Positions 1 to 9,586 of a stretch of 64,000 bases of DNA are shown here, one piece after another. The translations under genes and the position numbers were made by a program. Below the pieces are notes generated by a model that made no database searches, was not told where the DNA came from, and saw only the letters and a list, made by a program, of their open reading frames with translations. Every line of letters begins with the position of its first letter. Position 1 is the first letter of the stretch. The DNA is from a virus (Duplodnaviria > Heunggongvirae > Uroviricota > Caudoviricetes), in IMG/VR virus record IMGVR_UViG_3300045988_158233, one strand, 5' to 3'.

Positions 1-24
1 GTCAGAGAGCGTCGTCAGCGAGGA

Positions 25-363
25 TTGTGTCACCGTACCTATCTCTTTCTTCTTCATTGGTATGAGCATTTAGTCTGCGACGATACACAAACCATTCCTG
101 GTGCTAAGATCTGGGCAGGGCCTCTCATGCGAACCGGCGATGTGCGTATATACAATGCCAAAACAGAAACGTTCGAGGATGTGTTAGGTGAGTACGGGAT
201 GGGGAAAGAAACCGGATTTTTGCCGTGGAACAGAGGATTGTTGCTTGATGCAGAGTTAAGCTCTTGGCTCCCAAACAAAGTGCAAGTTAACGTTCAGAAA
301 TTTATCGTACTTATCATCTCCCGCAAAACAAGAACTCCAGTAGGTTTATACCTAAAAGATTAA
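25..363 (+). CDS. hypothetical protein (possibly truncated at window edge)
   Basis: 112-aa ORF with no recognisable motif; followed by hairpin plus T-run. Confidence 0.3.
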   Translation: MCHRTYLFLLHWYEHLVCDDTQTIPGAKIWAGPLMRTGDVRIYNAKTETFEDVLGEYGMGKETGFLPWNRGLLLDAELSSWLPNKVQVNVQKFIVLIISRKTRTPVGLYLKD

Positions 364-368
364 AAATC

Positions 369-391
369 AGGCGACTTTGGTCGCCTTTTTG
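369..391 (+). terminator. rho-independent terminator-like hairpin
   Basis: aggcgac-tttg-gtcgcct followed by TTTTT. Confidence 0.5.
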
Positions 392-490
392 TTAACAGCC
401 ATTGATTCTCGCCTAAAAATTCTAAGGCAGCACCTACCATTTAACCTTTACACCACAGCCGTAGGCATTTAGGCTATATCACATATAAGA

Positions 491-503
491 AAACAAGTTG
501 TTT
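491..503. promoter_or_regulatory. AAACAA-N-TTGTTT palindrome (motif A) upstream of parA
   Basis: aaacaagttgttt about 35 bp upstream of parA ATG; same 13-bp palindrome recurs upstream of several other genes. Confidence 0.4.
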
Positions 504-538
504 CAGACGATAATTATATACGCAAAGGGAACTCTCCA

Positions 539-1207
539 ATGACCAAGATCTTTGTGGTTGGCGGCACAAAGGGCGGGCCTGGCAAATCCACCGTTGCCCA
601 GCAAATTGCCGTTTGCCTGAAAGTCAAAAAGAAGAAGAAGGTTTATATCACCGATATAGATATTCAGCGCACGACAACGAGCTGGTGTGAAGACCGTCGA
701 CAGAACGAAGATCTTGAGCTGATTCCTTTTGCATACGTTCAAGATGACATCATTAAGCACCTAAAATCGCTTCAGGGTAGAGCTGAGTATGTAGTGGTAG
801 ATGCTGGTGGCTTTGACTCCGAAATTCAGCGACAAGCGATGCTGATGGCCGACGTTATCATTATCCCGCTGCGTCCTAAGCGTCGTGATTTGAAATCTTT
901 ACGTGACATCGATCCTATTATCGACAATGTTCGCAATGTAAACGACAAAGTGAAAGTCCGCGCGGTCATGAACCAATGCCCGGCTTTGCCATCACAAGTG
1001 TCTCGCATTCTAGCGGCTAAAGAGATTGTCGAGACGTTTGGCATCGAGTCTGCGCCAGTCAATCTATATAACCGCAACGTCTATGATGATGCGGAAGAGT
1101 CTGGTCGTTCTATCTTTGAAATGACCGGTAGCGAGCGCGACAAAAAGGCGGAAGCCGAGTTTGAAGAATTTGTAGATTATCTGTTGAGTCTGGAGGAAGA
1201 AGAATAA
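539..1207 (+). CDS. parA: ParA-family partition ATPase
   Basis: Deviant Walker A GGTKGGPGKST near N-terminus, ~220 aa, followed by overlapping small gene (ATAATG). Confidence 0.8.
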   Translation: MTKIFVVGGTKGGPGKSTVAQQIAVCLKVKKKKKVYITDIDIQRTTTSWCEDRRQNEDLELIPFAYVQDDIIKHLKSLQGRAEYVVVDAGGFDSEIQRQAMLMADVIIIPLRPKRRDLKSLRDIDPIIDNVRNVNDKVKVRAVMNQCPALPSQVSRILAAKEIVETFGIESAPVNLYNRNVYDDAEESGRSIFEMTGSERDKKAEAEFEEFVDYLLSLEEEE

Positions 1208-1566
1208 TGTCCATGAAAATGGGTGACCTAGCAAAGCGCAAAGAGCCTGATGCACCGGCTAAGAACACAACTCCTTTGCGCCAACCAATCAGACCACAGG
1301 GACGCCCGACTCGTGGCAAAGAGAAAATTAAAAGCCGCACGATGTCACTGGAAGACGAATACTTCGAACTGCTGGAGATGATGAAGTTCATCCCTCGCTT
1401 CGAGAAGTTCACCCGTTCTGACGTGATTCGCGCAGCCATTTTCCATCTGGCAGAGAAGTCACCGCAGGAAATCGAGGACATCGTGAAACTTAACGAGGCG
1501 ATCACTGCTGCCGATGTCACGATGCGTACCGATGAAATTAAACGCGAGTTAATGAAGAAAGGTTGA
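1207..1566 (+). CDS. small partition-associated protein (ParG/ParB-like centromere binder), tentative
   Basis: 119 aa, translationally coupled to parA, basic disordered N-terminus then helical C-terminal half; typical position of type Ib partner. Confidence 0.45.
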   Translation: MSMKMGDLAKRKEPDAPAKNTTPLRQPIRPQGRPTRGKEKIKSRTMSLEDEYFELLEMMKFIPRFEKFTRSDVIRAAIFHLAEKSPQEIEDIVKLNEAITAADVTMRTDEIKRELMKKG

Positions 1567-1576
1567 TATAAATCTC

Positions 1577-1608
1577 TAAGGCTGGTCTGCATTGGACAGC
1601 CTTAGAAA
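1577..1608. terminator. hairpin between convergent genes
   Basis: ctaaggctg...cagccttag inverted repeat between + gene ending 1566 and - gene ending 1627. Confidence 0.4.
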
Positions 1609-1626
1609 TATTTCGTTCTATGAAAG

Positions 1627-2700
1627 CTATTCGTAGTTAAGCTCACCGAACAGACTGAACATCAAGTCACCATCCAAAATTTCAAAGGGCAACTCGACAT
1701 ACTCATCCTTATGTCTCGGAATTGCGTTGCCGTCGTTAGGGGCATTCTTGGTATAACCTTTTACATGTTTACCGTTTTCTTTTGTATACGGCAGCACGAC
1801 AATTCGACCGTGATTTTTTGAAATGATAGTTCCTTCTTTCCAGAGCGTATTGCCTCTTGAGGTGGTTTCGCTTTCGCTAGCAACTTTAACACTCCAACCT
1901 ACCTGATTTTTGTCCTCAAACCAGAAAACAAAGTTGCCAACAACCAGTACCTTTTGCCCATTCCTGAGAGCTTCATCCAGCATTCTTTTTACGCTGGCGA
2001 GTTGCAGTAACCGGTTAGCACGCGGCAGAAGCATTGAGCGAATAGTCGCTTTTGTTTTTCCCCAATGTGCAGCGCCTGATAAACCAAAACCTCTGGCTAT
2101 GCGTTCTTGGTAGCAGATCTTCGCTGTCTTAGCTTTGTTGTTATATGAACATTCCCAAGTGTTAGGAGCAACGAGTTGAAGTGAAACTTGGAATTTGGGA
2201 AGAAAAACAAAATGTAAGTAAGGCATCTCGCTTAGCACGTCAAAAAGGGGTTGACGCAAAGTTTCGTAATCTGGGTTAATTATTAACTCATTTAATGTCA
2301 CTCGCGGATCGTTGGCGTGTGCCTTAATTGCTTCGTTGAGCATTATATGCTCTTCATCCATGAGACGTGATTTGGCTTTGAGTGCTTTGTCAACTTTCAA
2401 ACGCAATGACTTCTTTTGAAACATAGATAGAGGAAGTTTTTCAATGTCAAAGCTCACGTTTTTATTCAGCTCTAATGCCGCTTTTCTTGCTTCAGGATAG
2501 TTATCGTAGTCGTCATCAAAAGCGTGGTTTGGCATACCACGATCAACATATCGCCGATACCAAGCAAGGGTTCCATCATTACGGAGTTTCAGACAGAACA
2601 TCGACCATTTATTCCGTTCATATTTAGGCTGAGGCCAAAAAGCCAGTTCGGGAAGGCCATATCCTGGAAGTCTATTCATGCGCATGGTGACAATATCCAC
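1627..2700 (-). CDS. hypothetical protein
   Basis: 357-aa ORF convergent with par genes; no motif recognised. Confidence 0.5.
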   Translation of the reverse strand: MDIVTMRMNRLPGYGLPELAFWPQPKYERNKWSMFCLKLRNDGTLAWYRRYVDRGMPNHAFDDDYDNYPEARKAALELNKNVSFDIEKLPLSMFQKKSLRLKVDKALKAKSRLMDEEHIMLNEAIKAHANDPRVTLNELIINPDYETLRQPLFDVLSEMPYLHFVFLPKFQVSLQLVAPNTWECSYNNKAKTAKICYQERIARGFGLSGAAHWGKTKATIRSMLLPRANRLLQLASVKRMLDEALRNGQKVLVVGNFVFWFEDKNQVGWSVKVASESETTSRGNTLWKEGTIISKNHGRIVVLPYTKENGKHVKGYTKNAPNDGNAIPRHKDEYVELPFEILDGDLMFSLFGELNYE

Positions 2701-2804
2701 GAGGCTAAAACACTGATTCTAACATGATCTCCCTTGATAAATCTGTCAATGACATAGCATCTGGGGTTGGAGTCAAATTATGTTGTTCTTGGTATCCATT
2801 AGGA

Positions 2805-2863
2805 GCCTGTTTCTGTATATAAATAATAAGTAACTTATTAAATATATACGGAAGCAGGTCTTT
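2805..2863 (+). repeat. long AT-rich-loop hairpin, copy 1 of a shared element
   Basis: arms gcctgtttctgtatat / atatacggaagcagg; near-identical arms at 49944..50003; contains TATAAATA. Confidence 0.45.
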
Positions 2864-2965
2864 TAAAAGACACCACCAGACCAACTCCCTTCCGTTTTCA
2901 CTTCCAAAAACTGACACCAGTCGCTATCATCCGCTCATTGTGATAAGTAAGTAACTACCTACCAG

Positions 2966-3715
2966 GTGAGCCACATGAGCCAAATCTTTTTCGATACCAT
3001 CGACAACGACCAGTACGACTTCATGACAGAGTGGAATACCGCTGTTATGGACAAGTGGGTCGCTGAAAACATTGGTTTGTCGCGCTGTAAAGACGAGGCT
3101 GAACTCTTCGAGACGAAGTGGTTTGATTACCGCGACATGCATCCTCTGATGGCCACCTGTCTATTTACGGAGGCATACAAACGTCAGTACTCAAATATCA
3201 TGCTGACGCACGGTCGCGAACACTTTGAAACAGCTCCGTTCACCACCGGGTTAAAACGCCTGCCTTATCAGGAGTTGTCGACTGCCAATAAAACGTCGCT
3301 ATGGAAAGCACGCCAGTTTGCTGACCGCTATTGCTGCTCATACGACTACTTTATCTCCACCGTTCTTTCCGCAGCTGCACGACGACTGTGGGACAAGCTG
3401 CCGCGTCCGCAGCATTTGTGGCAGCCAGAACTGATTGAGATATTTGAAGATAAATTAGCCAGACGCGCAACAACCCGTCTGGATGACTCTCTGGTTAGCT
3501 TTAAGCATATGGGAGACATGCAGTTCAACCCGATTCAGGAAAGCTATTTTGAGTGGATTCTGGAGCGTTTACGCGCCATCCCCCGCAGCAAGCGCATACG
3601 CGCAATTTTCTCCGCTATCTGGCTAATGGAAATCGTTCCAGAGCGCCTTATTTCCGCCCACTTTCCAGAAGAACTGGAAGAAGCACGGCGGTTTATTGAT
3701 CCCCTATCTAATTAA
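2966..3715 (+). CDS. hypothetical protein
   Basis: 249-aa ORF (GTG at 2966 or ATG at 2975). Confidence 0.5.
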   Translation: MSHMSQIFFDTIDNDQYDFMTEWNTAVMDKWVAENIGLSRCKDEAELFETKWFDYRDMHPLMATCLFTEAYKRQYSNIMLTHGREHFETAPFTTGLKRLPYQELSTANKTSLWKARQFADRYCCSYDYFISTVLSAAARRLWDKLPRPQHLWQPELIEIFEDKLARRATTRLDDSLVSFKHMGDMQFNPIQESYFEWILERLRAIPRSKRIRAIFSAIWLMEIVPERLISAHFPEELEEARRFIDPLSN

Positions 3716-3726
3716 CTAATACTAGA

Positions 3727-3739
3727 AAACAATTTGTTT
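3727..3739. promoter_or_regulatory. motif A palindrome AAACAA-T-TTGTTT
   Basis: aaacaatttgttt about 20 bp upstream of helicase ATG, followed by aaaggaaa RBS-like tract. Confidence 0.4.
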
Positions 3740-3758
3740 AAAAAACAAAGGAAAGCAC

Positions 3759-5099
3759 ATGACCGAACTTTGCCATACAGGACGCGGGCTGTCCGAAGAG
3801 TTTGATGAAGATTTCCAGAACAGACTGACGGCATATTTTTGTCGTGATCACGAGTTTCTTACTCGTGCGGGAGATCTGGTTGTGCCTAGCCAATTTGCCA
3901 ATGCGGCCAATGCCATATTGGTTAATATGGTTTCGGGCTATTACCGTATGTACAAGAGCGCGCCCTCTTCATCTGCAATTCTGGATATGCTTAAGCGTGC
4001 GAAACGCGATAAGACTATCCGTGAGGAACTATTCGCCGATGTTGTTGCTGCGTTTAAGCGCATCCTTGCAGAAAAATTGTCCGATACCTCGTACATGGTT
4101 GACCAGGTATCAACCTTCGCAAAAAGCGTAGCGTTTGATGATGCTCTGATTAAGGCTGCTGAACTGAAAGAGAAAGGCGACTTTCAGGGGGCGATGGCAA
4201 TCATGGCCAAGGTTCAGCAGATTGGATCGAACGAAGCGACCGGAATCTATGACTACTACACCTCCGCAAGTGAGCGATTGAAAGCGCGTGAATATGAGGC
4301 TTCAGAGGAGTATGTGCCAAACAGCATTACAACTGGACTCCCTCTGCTCGATAGGTTGTTGTACCAAAAAGGCTGGGCGAAGCGTGAAATGGTGCTCTTC
4401 ATGGGGTTCGCTAAATCCGGTAAATCGACCGCAATGGGTGAGTTTTCCATAAACGCAACGCTTGCTGGCTACAATGTTCTGTATCTCTCGCTGGAGGTTC
4501 ACACCACCATTTTATCCGACCGTTTTGATGCAAGATTGTCGGAGACAGAAATGTCCAAGCTAGTGGAACGGCGCGATGAGGTTCATCGTAAGTTGGCAGA
4601 GTTGGGAGCCACGAAGGGGATTGGTAGTTTGTGGGTGGTTGAGCGTCCGTCAGGAAGTATGTCACCGGCAGATCTGGACCGTATGCTTAACAGCATGAAA
4701 GCCAACGGCATGGTGCCTGACATGGTTGTTGTCGACTACGCAGATTTGATGCGTGCCAGTTATGACCTTCGTGATGATCGCGCCAACATTCGTAGTATCT
4801 ACACCGATTTACGTGCTCTTTATGACAAACATAACGTTGCTGGAATCACGGCATCGCAGACAAACCGTGAAGGTGGCGCGTCAGAAGTTGCCACAATGAT
4901 GCACGCCGCCGACAACATCGAAAAAGTACGTATTGCTGACCTGGTAATAACGATCAACAAAACCGAAGAAGAAGAAGCGAAAGGAGAGGCTCGTCTCTAC
5001 TTTGCTGGTTCACGTAACCAGCAGGGAGGGATCAGCATTCGCGTTAAACAAAACCTCGAACAAATGCGCTTCATTGAGCGAATCTTAGACGTTACCTAA
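3759..5099 (+). CDS. DnaB-family replicative DNA helicase (phage gp41-like)
   Basis: Walker A GFAKSGKST, Walker B VVVDYADL, SQTNREG motif, RecA-like C-terminal domain. Confidence 0.75.
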   Translation: MTELCHTGRGLSEEFDEDFQNRLTAYFCRDHEFLTRAGDLVVPSQFANAANAILVNMVSGYYRMYKSAPSSSAILDMLKRAKRDKTIREELFADVVAAFKRILAEKLSDTSYMVDQVSTFAKSVAFDDALIKAAELKEKGDFQGAMAIMAKVQQIGSNEATGIYDYYTSASERLKAREYEASEEYVPNSITTGLPLLDRLLYQKGWAKREMVLFMGFAKSGKSTAMGEFSINATLAGYNVLYLSLEVHTTILSDRFDARLSETEMSKLVERRDEVHRKLAELGATKGIGSLWVVERPSGSMSPADLDRMLNSMKANGMVPDMVVVDYADLMRASYDLRDDRANIRSIYTDLRALYDKHNVAGITASQTNREGGASEVATMMHAADNIEKVRIADLVITINKTEEEEAKGEARLYFAGSRNQQGGISIRVKQNLEQMRFIERILDVT

Positions 5100-5180
5100 A
5101 AAATAAGCGTGGAGAACACCTCCACGCTTGATTCATTGGTGAAACAACTTTTCTTTTGCCAAACCACAAAAGAAAAACAC

Positions 5181-6362
5181 ATGAGCCTTTATGTTATATC
5201 AACATTTAGGTTGGTCACAATATTGCCTGTTAAAAGTGGAATTATCGTGAGCGAGCTGAAAGAGCTAATTACCGAATTAGATTTTGAACAATGGTTGGAC
5301 ACTGAAGGTATCGTTTATCGACGTGGAGGCGTGAGTGCTCGCGGTCGTGAAGTGAATATCAAGGAGTGTCCGGTATGCGGCAGCTCCAACTGGAAGGTAT
5401 ATTTCAATCTGACCAGTGGCGTCGGCAAATGCTTCGCTGGTGATCATCCCGAAGAGATTCAGTTCAATAAGCTGGTCTTCCTCAAGCACTACAGCGGTAA
5501 ATCACGACGACAGTTCGAGGAATATGTGCAGAACGCTCTTCTTTCCCAGGGGTGGGCACCAAAGAAAGAAGAGATAGTGCTTACAAGCACAGTCGAGTTA
5601 GAGGGACCACTTGCACTCCCTCGTCATTACGAACTTCCTATAGATGGCCGTCTTCCAGACTATCTGGTTGAACGAAACATATCGCCTGAAATGGCAAAGT
5701 ATTTTGACCTACGATACTGCGTCGAAGGCAAGCACGCTTATGTAGATCCGTATACAGATCAGGTAAAAGGACAGATATTCGATATGCGAGTACTGATACC
5801 GGTTTACGATCTGGATGGGGTAATGAAGACATTTCAGGGACGAGACATTACCGGTACAGCAGACCGCCGCTACCTCTTTCCTATGCAGCTTCCAGCTTCA
5901 GGTAAGTTTCTCTACAACGGCCATAATGCAGTTGGCAAACAGACTGTAGTTGTCTGTGAGGGGGCGTTCGATGTTATGGGAGTTAAACGAGCTATTTTTG
6001 ACGAAGAAACATTACGTGATTACGTGGAACCAATAGGAACGTTCGGGATGCATCTATCTGGCAACACCACTCAGGATGCAGAAGATCAGCTGGGCGCGTT
6101 CCTGACGCTCAAGGCGCGTGGATTACGTAATGTGATCATGATGTGGGATAGTGAAAAGCAAGCTATACGCAACACTATGGCCGCAGCCAGGCGACTCACA
6201 AGTATTGGTCTTAATGTCAAAGTTGCGTGTTTGGGCGAGGAAGGACTCGACCCCGGCGATGCGACACCGGGGCAGATTATCAAAGCCTACTATTGCGCAA
6301 AACCTTATTCACGACAGCTTGAACTCTTAAGCAAGGTGAAAGGCATTGCAGCACTAGTTTGA
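5181..6362 (+). CDS. DNA primase (zinc-ribbon plus TOPRIM)
   Basis: CPVCGSS...C..GDH zinc motif, TOPRIM-like VVCEGAFDV and WDSE; start chosen at ATG after gaaaaacac; longer ORF starts 5109. Confidence 0.7.
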   Translation: MSLYVISTFRLVTILPVKSGIIVSELKELITELDFEQWLDTEGIVYRRGGVSARGREVNIKECPVCGSSNWKVYFNLTSGVGKCFAGDHPEEIQFNKLVFLKHYSGKSRRQFEEYVQNALLSQGWAPKKEEIVLTSTVELEGPLALPRHYELPIDGRLPDYLVERNISPEMAKYFDLRYCVEGKHAYVDPYTDQVKGQIFDMRVLIPVYDLDGVMKTFQGRDITGTADRRYLFPMQLPASGKFLYNGHNAVGKQTVVVCEGAFDVMGVKRAIFDEETLRDYVEPIGTFGMHLSGNTTQDAEDQLGAFLTLKARGLRNVIMMWDSEKQAIRNTMAAARRLTSIGLNVKVACLGEEGLDPGDATPGQIIKAYYCAKPYSRQLELLSKVKGIAALV

Positions 6363-7499
6363 ACCAGTATTAGTCACATACACATTGACCGAAAATGATT
6401 TAACTTCTGTATTGAAGTTGTCAGTCATTACCGCGAGGTAGGCATTCTTGGTATCTCTGAATTGCTTCAGGATGATTTGAACGTTATCGGTGCAAACAAA
6501 CGAGGTAGCCAGATTGCCTCCTTTCTCTGAAAAATCCTTCAGGAAGGTGCAGTCAACTTTGCCATCATTAGCGGTGAAGGTAGCATCATCACCCTGCCAG
6601 GTAAATGTAGCGTTAACGCCCTTATCAATGGATTTAGCAATAAGTCGCTGGGTGGCGGATTTTGTTTTGGCTTTGGAAGCCGGCGCTCGATATTTGCCGC
6701 TTTCTTTCAGTTCTGCAATGTAATCGCAGCCTCTTTTTTCTCCTTTATCGCAAGCAGTCTGATAAAGGTCGGCTGCTTTTTTATAGTCCTTTTTTACACC
6801 TTCCCCATTCTCATACATAATGCCAAGATTGGTTATGGCGTCGGCGTTTCCAAGTTCCGCTGCCTTTTTATACCACTTAACTGCTTCTGCATCATTGCGT
6901 TTAACGCCTAACCCATCATCGTATAGTATTCCTAATCCTATCATAGCTTCTGAACTGCCTTGGTCTGCCGCCTTTTTGTAATAAGTAAAAGCCTTTTTAT
7001 AATTCTTTTTAACGCCTTTACCATATTGGTAATACGCCCCAAGAACTGAAGTTGCTTTAACATACCCGGCATCAGAGGCTAGTTTGAAGTATTTAATGGC
7101 GAGTGCATGATCTACTTTACCAAGCATCCCCTTTTGATAAATAGCACCAAGATTGTTGTAGGCTCTACCTTCACGAGCATCCCCCGCAAGTTTGTAGTAC
7201 TCAACAGCTTTATTTAGGTCTTTATCTACACCCTCGCCAAATGTGTACATAACTCCAAGTGCATAATATGCTACTTTATCTCCCTTTTCTGCAGCTAGAT
7301 CAATCCACTTCTTGGCCTCAACTACATCCTTATCAAAACCATTGACACCATCAAAATAATTTGTACCTAACTCACTTTGTGCTGCGGTATCCCCTGCGGT
7401 AGCGGCTTCTATCAGCGTTTGTTTATTGTCTGCGTTAACGAATCCAGAGTTAAAAAGCAAAGTTAATGCCAGCAACGATGAAGATTTTATGTATTTCAT
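6354..7499 (-). CDS. secreted Sel1-repeat (TPR-like) protein
   Basis: N-terminal signal peptide MKYIKSSSLLALTLLFNSGFVNA, then repeated A..YY.LG..Y..G.GV.KD Sel1-type units. Confidence 0.75.
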   Translation of the reverse strand: MKYIKSSSLLALTLLFNSGFVNADNKQTLIEAATAGDTAAQSELGTNYFDGVNGFDKDVVEAKKWIDLAAEKGDKVAYYALGVMYTFGEGVDKDLNKAVEYYKLAGDAREGRAYNNLGAIYQKGMLGKVDHALAIKYFKLASDAGYVKATSVLGAYYQYGKGVKKNYKKAFTYYKKAADQGSSEAMIGLGILYDDGLGVKRNDAEAVKWYKKAAELGNADAITNLGIMYENGEGVKKDYKKAADLYQTACDKGEKRGCDYIAELKESGKYRAPASKAKTKSATQRLIAKSIDKGVNATFTWQGDDATFTANDGKVDCTFLKDFSEKGGNLATSFVCTDNVQIILKQFRDTKNAYLAVMTDNFNTEVKSFSVNVYVTNTGSN

Positions 7500-7732
7500 G
7501 TTTTTTTTTCTGTTGATATAGGATGAACAGTTTAGACGCGGCAAGCGTCAAGTGTGCGAAAAAGGGTACTTAAATTTAGTTAATATGTCAGCTTTGTTGA
7601 TTTAGTTTATGGTCGGTAAAGTTACTGGGAAACTAATAACCATAAGAAATAGTACGCCATTTAATTATTGTGGCACTGCTCGTGTTTTGATTAACTAATA
7701 CCTGCGATAAATATAAATAAAGGGAAGCCAAC

Positions 7733-8146
7733 ATGAGCAAAAATAAGCTGATTTTAACAGGAGCTTTATTGTCTTTGTTTGCTTTAGTGGGGTGTAAGCC
7801 TACAGACGAGAAGGCTATTGCTCTGGGCCAACAAGCAATTGCGGATGATATGAAAGATCCCACGTCGGTGATGTTTAGGAAAGATAAGTTTGTCAGGACT
7901 GATCATGACGATGGGAGTGTGACAGGCTTTGTGTGCGGAGAATTGAACGCCAAAAATGGCTTTGGTGCATACGTGGGCTATCACTCATATGTTGTTGAAC
8001 TCGAAATGAAACCAAAGGGCATGTTTTCGAAAGGGGTGGTATACAAAATCCTATCGAAGTCGTTGGCACCTAATGATCCTCATGACTTACAGCGTTATAA
8101 GCAGGTCTACAGAAAGATGTGCAACAGTGAGGCTGTAGCTCATTAA
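7733..8146 (+). CDS. putative lipoprotein
   Basis: Signal peptide with lipobox LVGC (MSKNKLILTGALLSLFALVGC). Confidence 0.6.
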   Translation: MSKNKLILTGALLSLFALVGCKPTDEKAIALGQQAIADDMKDPTSVMFRKDKFVRTDHDDGSVTGFVCGELNAKNGFGAYVGYHSYVVELEMKPKGMFSKGVVYKILSKSLAPNDPHDLQRYKQVYRKMCNSEAVAH

Positions 8147-8271
8147 TGGTGAATGCCGGGCAGACTATAAGCCCGGCATCTTCGTATAGGGAACTATTGC
8201 GCCTAAAATGATAAGTAGATACATACTTAGTTTTTTGTAAGAATACTTTCATCTGTTAGCTAGGAGTTGGT

Positions 8272-9048
8272 ATGAAAGACGAAATTCAGAAATTGGCCTG
8301 TGACATCATTGATAAAACAGGTTTAGAAATCAGCGAGGGCAGTCGACTAGACATCATTGGAAAGGCCGTCAATACAGCAATGAATCATATCGCTGCTCGT
8401 ATGGACGAGATCCCGCTACCAGGGTTGCCTTATCTGAAAGTTGAGTTACACGTATGGGGCGAACCTTCTTGTGCACGGCGTTCTGCATTAGTTGTTTTTA
8501 TTAGCAAAGAAAACCCGCTCAGTCTTAAAGTGCAGGTTGGAGCATGGCTTGATGGCAGAGTGATCTACACAAATACCGTTTTTTGTCTTTCAAACGACGA
8601 AACTATTGAAGCGGCCATTCAAGAAGCAGTTCTAGCAATGCGCAGCAGCGGTTTGATGAAGAATAACTACGAAGAGTACTTGCGTTCGATAAGTGGTGAA
8701 AAGACATTATCTCTGAAAGCAGATTTCGTTACCCCGAAAAATCTGTTGGAAGTTTTGATTAATAAAGGGGCTAATAGTGCCGTAAATGTAATCAGAGAGA
8801 GTGAATACGCGTCTCTTTGGGATATGTGCAAAAGCCAGTTGGATCTTGTGCATATCGTTGTTGATGCGGGGAAGGCTTGTGATGGCGTAATGGCGGAATT
8901 TGCTGGGAAGATGGTCAGGATTGCTAACGAATTACCGATGATTAAGCAAGAGGCTAAATCATACGCCACCAATCATGTCACAGAGCTTCTTGCCCCTTAT
9001 CGCTTAGAAAGCGATCAGCGCAAGATGATTAGCTGGGGAAGTTGGTAA
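8272..9048 (+). CDS. hypothetical protein
   Basis: 258-aa ORF. Confidence 0.5.
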   Translation: MKDEIQKLACDIIDKTGLEISEGSRLDIIGKAVNTAMNHIAARMDEIPLPGLPYLKVELHVWGEPSCARRSALVVFISKENPLSLKVQVGAWLDGRVIYTNTVFCLSNDETIEAAIQEAVLAMRSSGLMKNNYEEYLRSISGEKTLSLKADFVTPKNLLEVLINKGANSAVNVIRESEYASLWDMCKSQLDLVHIVVDAGKACDGVMAEFAGKMVRIANELPMIKQEAKSYATNHVTELLAPYRLESDQRKMISWGSW

Positions 9049-9115
9049 GCTCTCTGTGTGTCGTTTTTTACGCAAATAATGATAGGTAAGCACAAGATTA
9101 TTTCTGGCGGTAATT

Positions 9116-9586
9116 GTGAAAGCTGATTTGTCAAAAATCCCTTCTATTTCAGGAAATAACGGTTATTCACTTCGTTGTGAGGAAGTAAAGATAAACGGTG
9201 AGTCGGCATATTGCAGCTATTCCGTTTGCCAGCACACCATTCTTGCCTTCAAAGAAAACCGTCTTCCTCGAACTTCTTTCCAGTCGTGCGCAACCGCTAT
9301 TAAAGCAGGCAAATGCAAGGCGTTAAAAATGATGGTTGAAGAGATTCGTAAAGGAGAATCTCTGTATTTCGAAGATATGACCGCACTCATTAAGGAGGTT
9401 GAAGAACGGAATAAACAAGCCAGAACTATAAAACGAAAACGTGACAGTGTAACGATTAGTAGCATGGTTAAGAAGAGCGCCACATCACAAACAGCGATCA
9501 CTGACGTGTATGCGGCGTTGCTTGAAGAAACAACAAAAGAAACACATGAGCAAATCGATCAACATATGGAGGCAAAACAACAATGA
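9116..9586 (+). CDS. hypothetical protein (start uncertain)
   Basis: ORF with GTG start; stop overlaps ligase start. Confidence 0.35.
   Translation: MKADLSKIPSISGNNGYSLRCEEVKINGESAYCSYSVCQHTILAFKENRLPRTSFQSCATAIKAGKCKALKMMVEEIRKGESLYFEDMTALIKEVEERNKQARTIKRKRDSVTISSMVKKSATSQTAITDVYAALLEETTKETHEQIDQHMEAKQQ

Noticed and set aside
7690-7720. TATAAATA upstream of lipoprotein gene as a T4-type late promoter
   Set aside because: Single 8-mer in very AT-rich DNA; not distinguishable from chance without transcript mapping.
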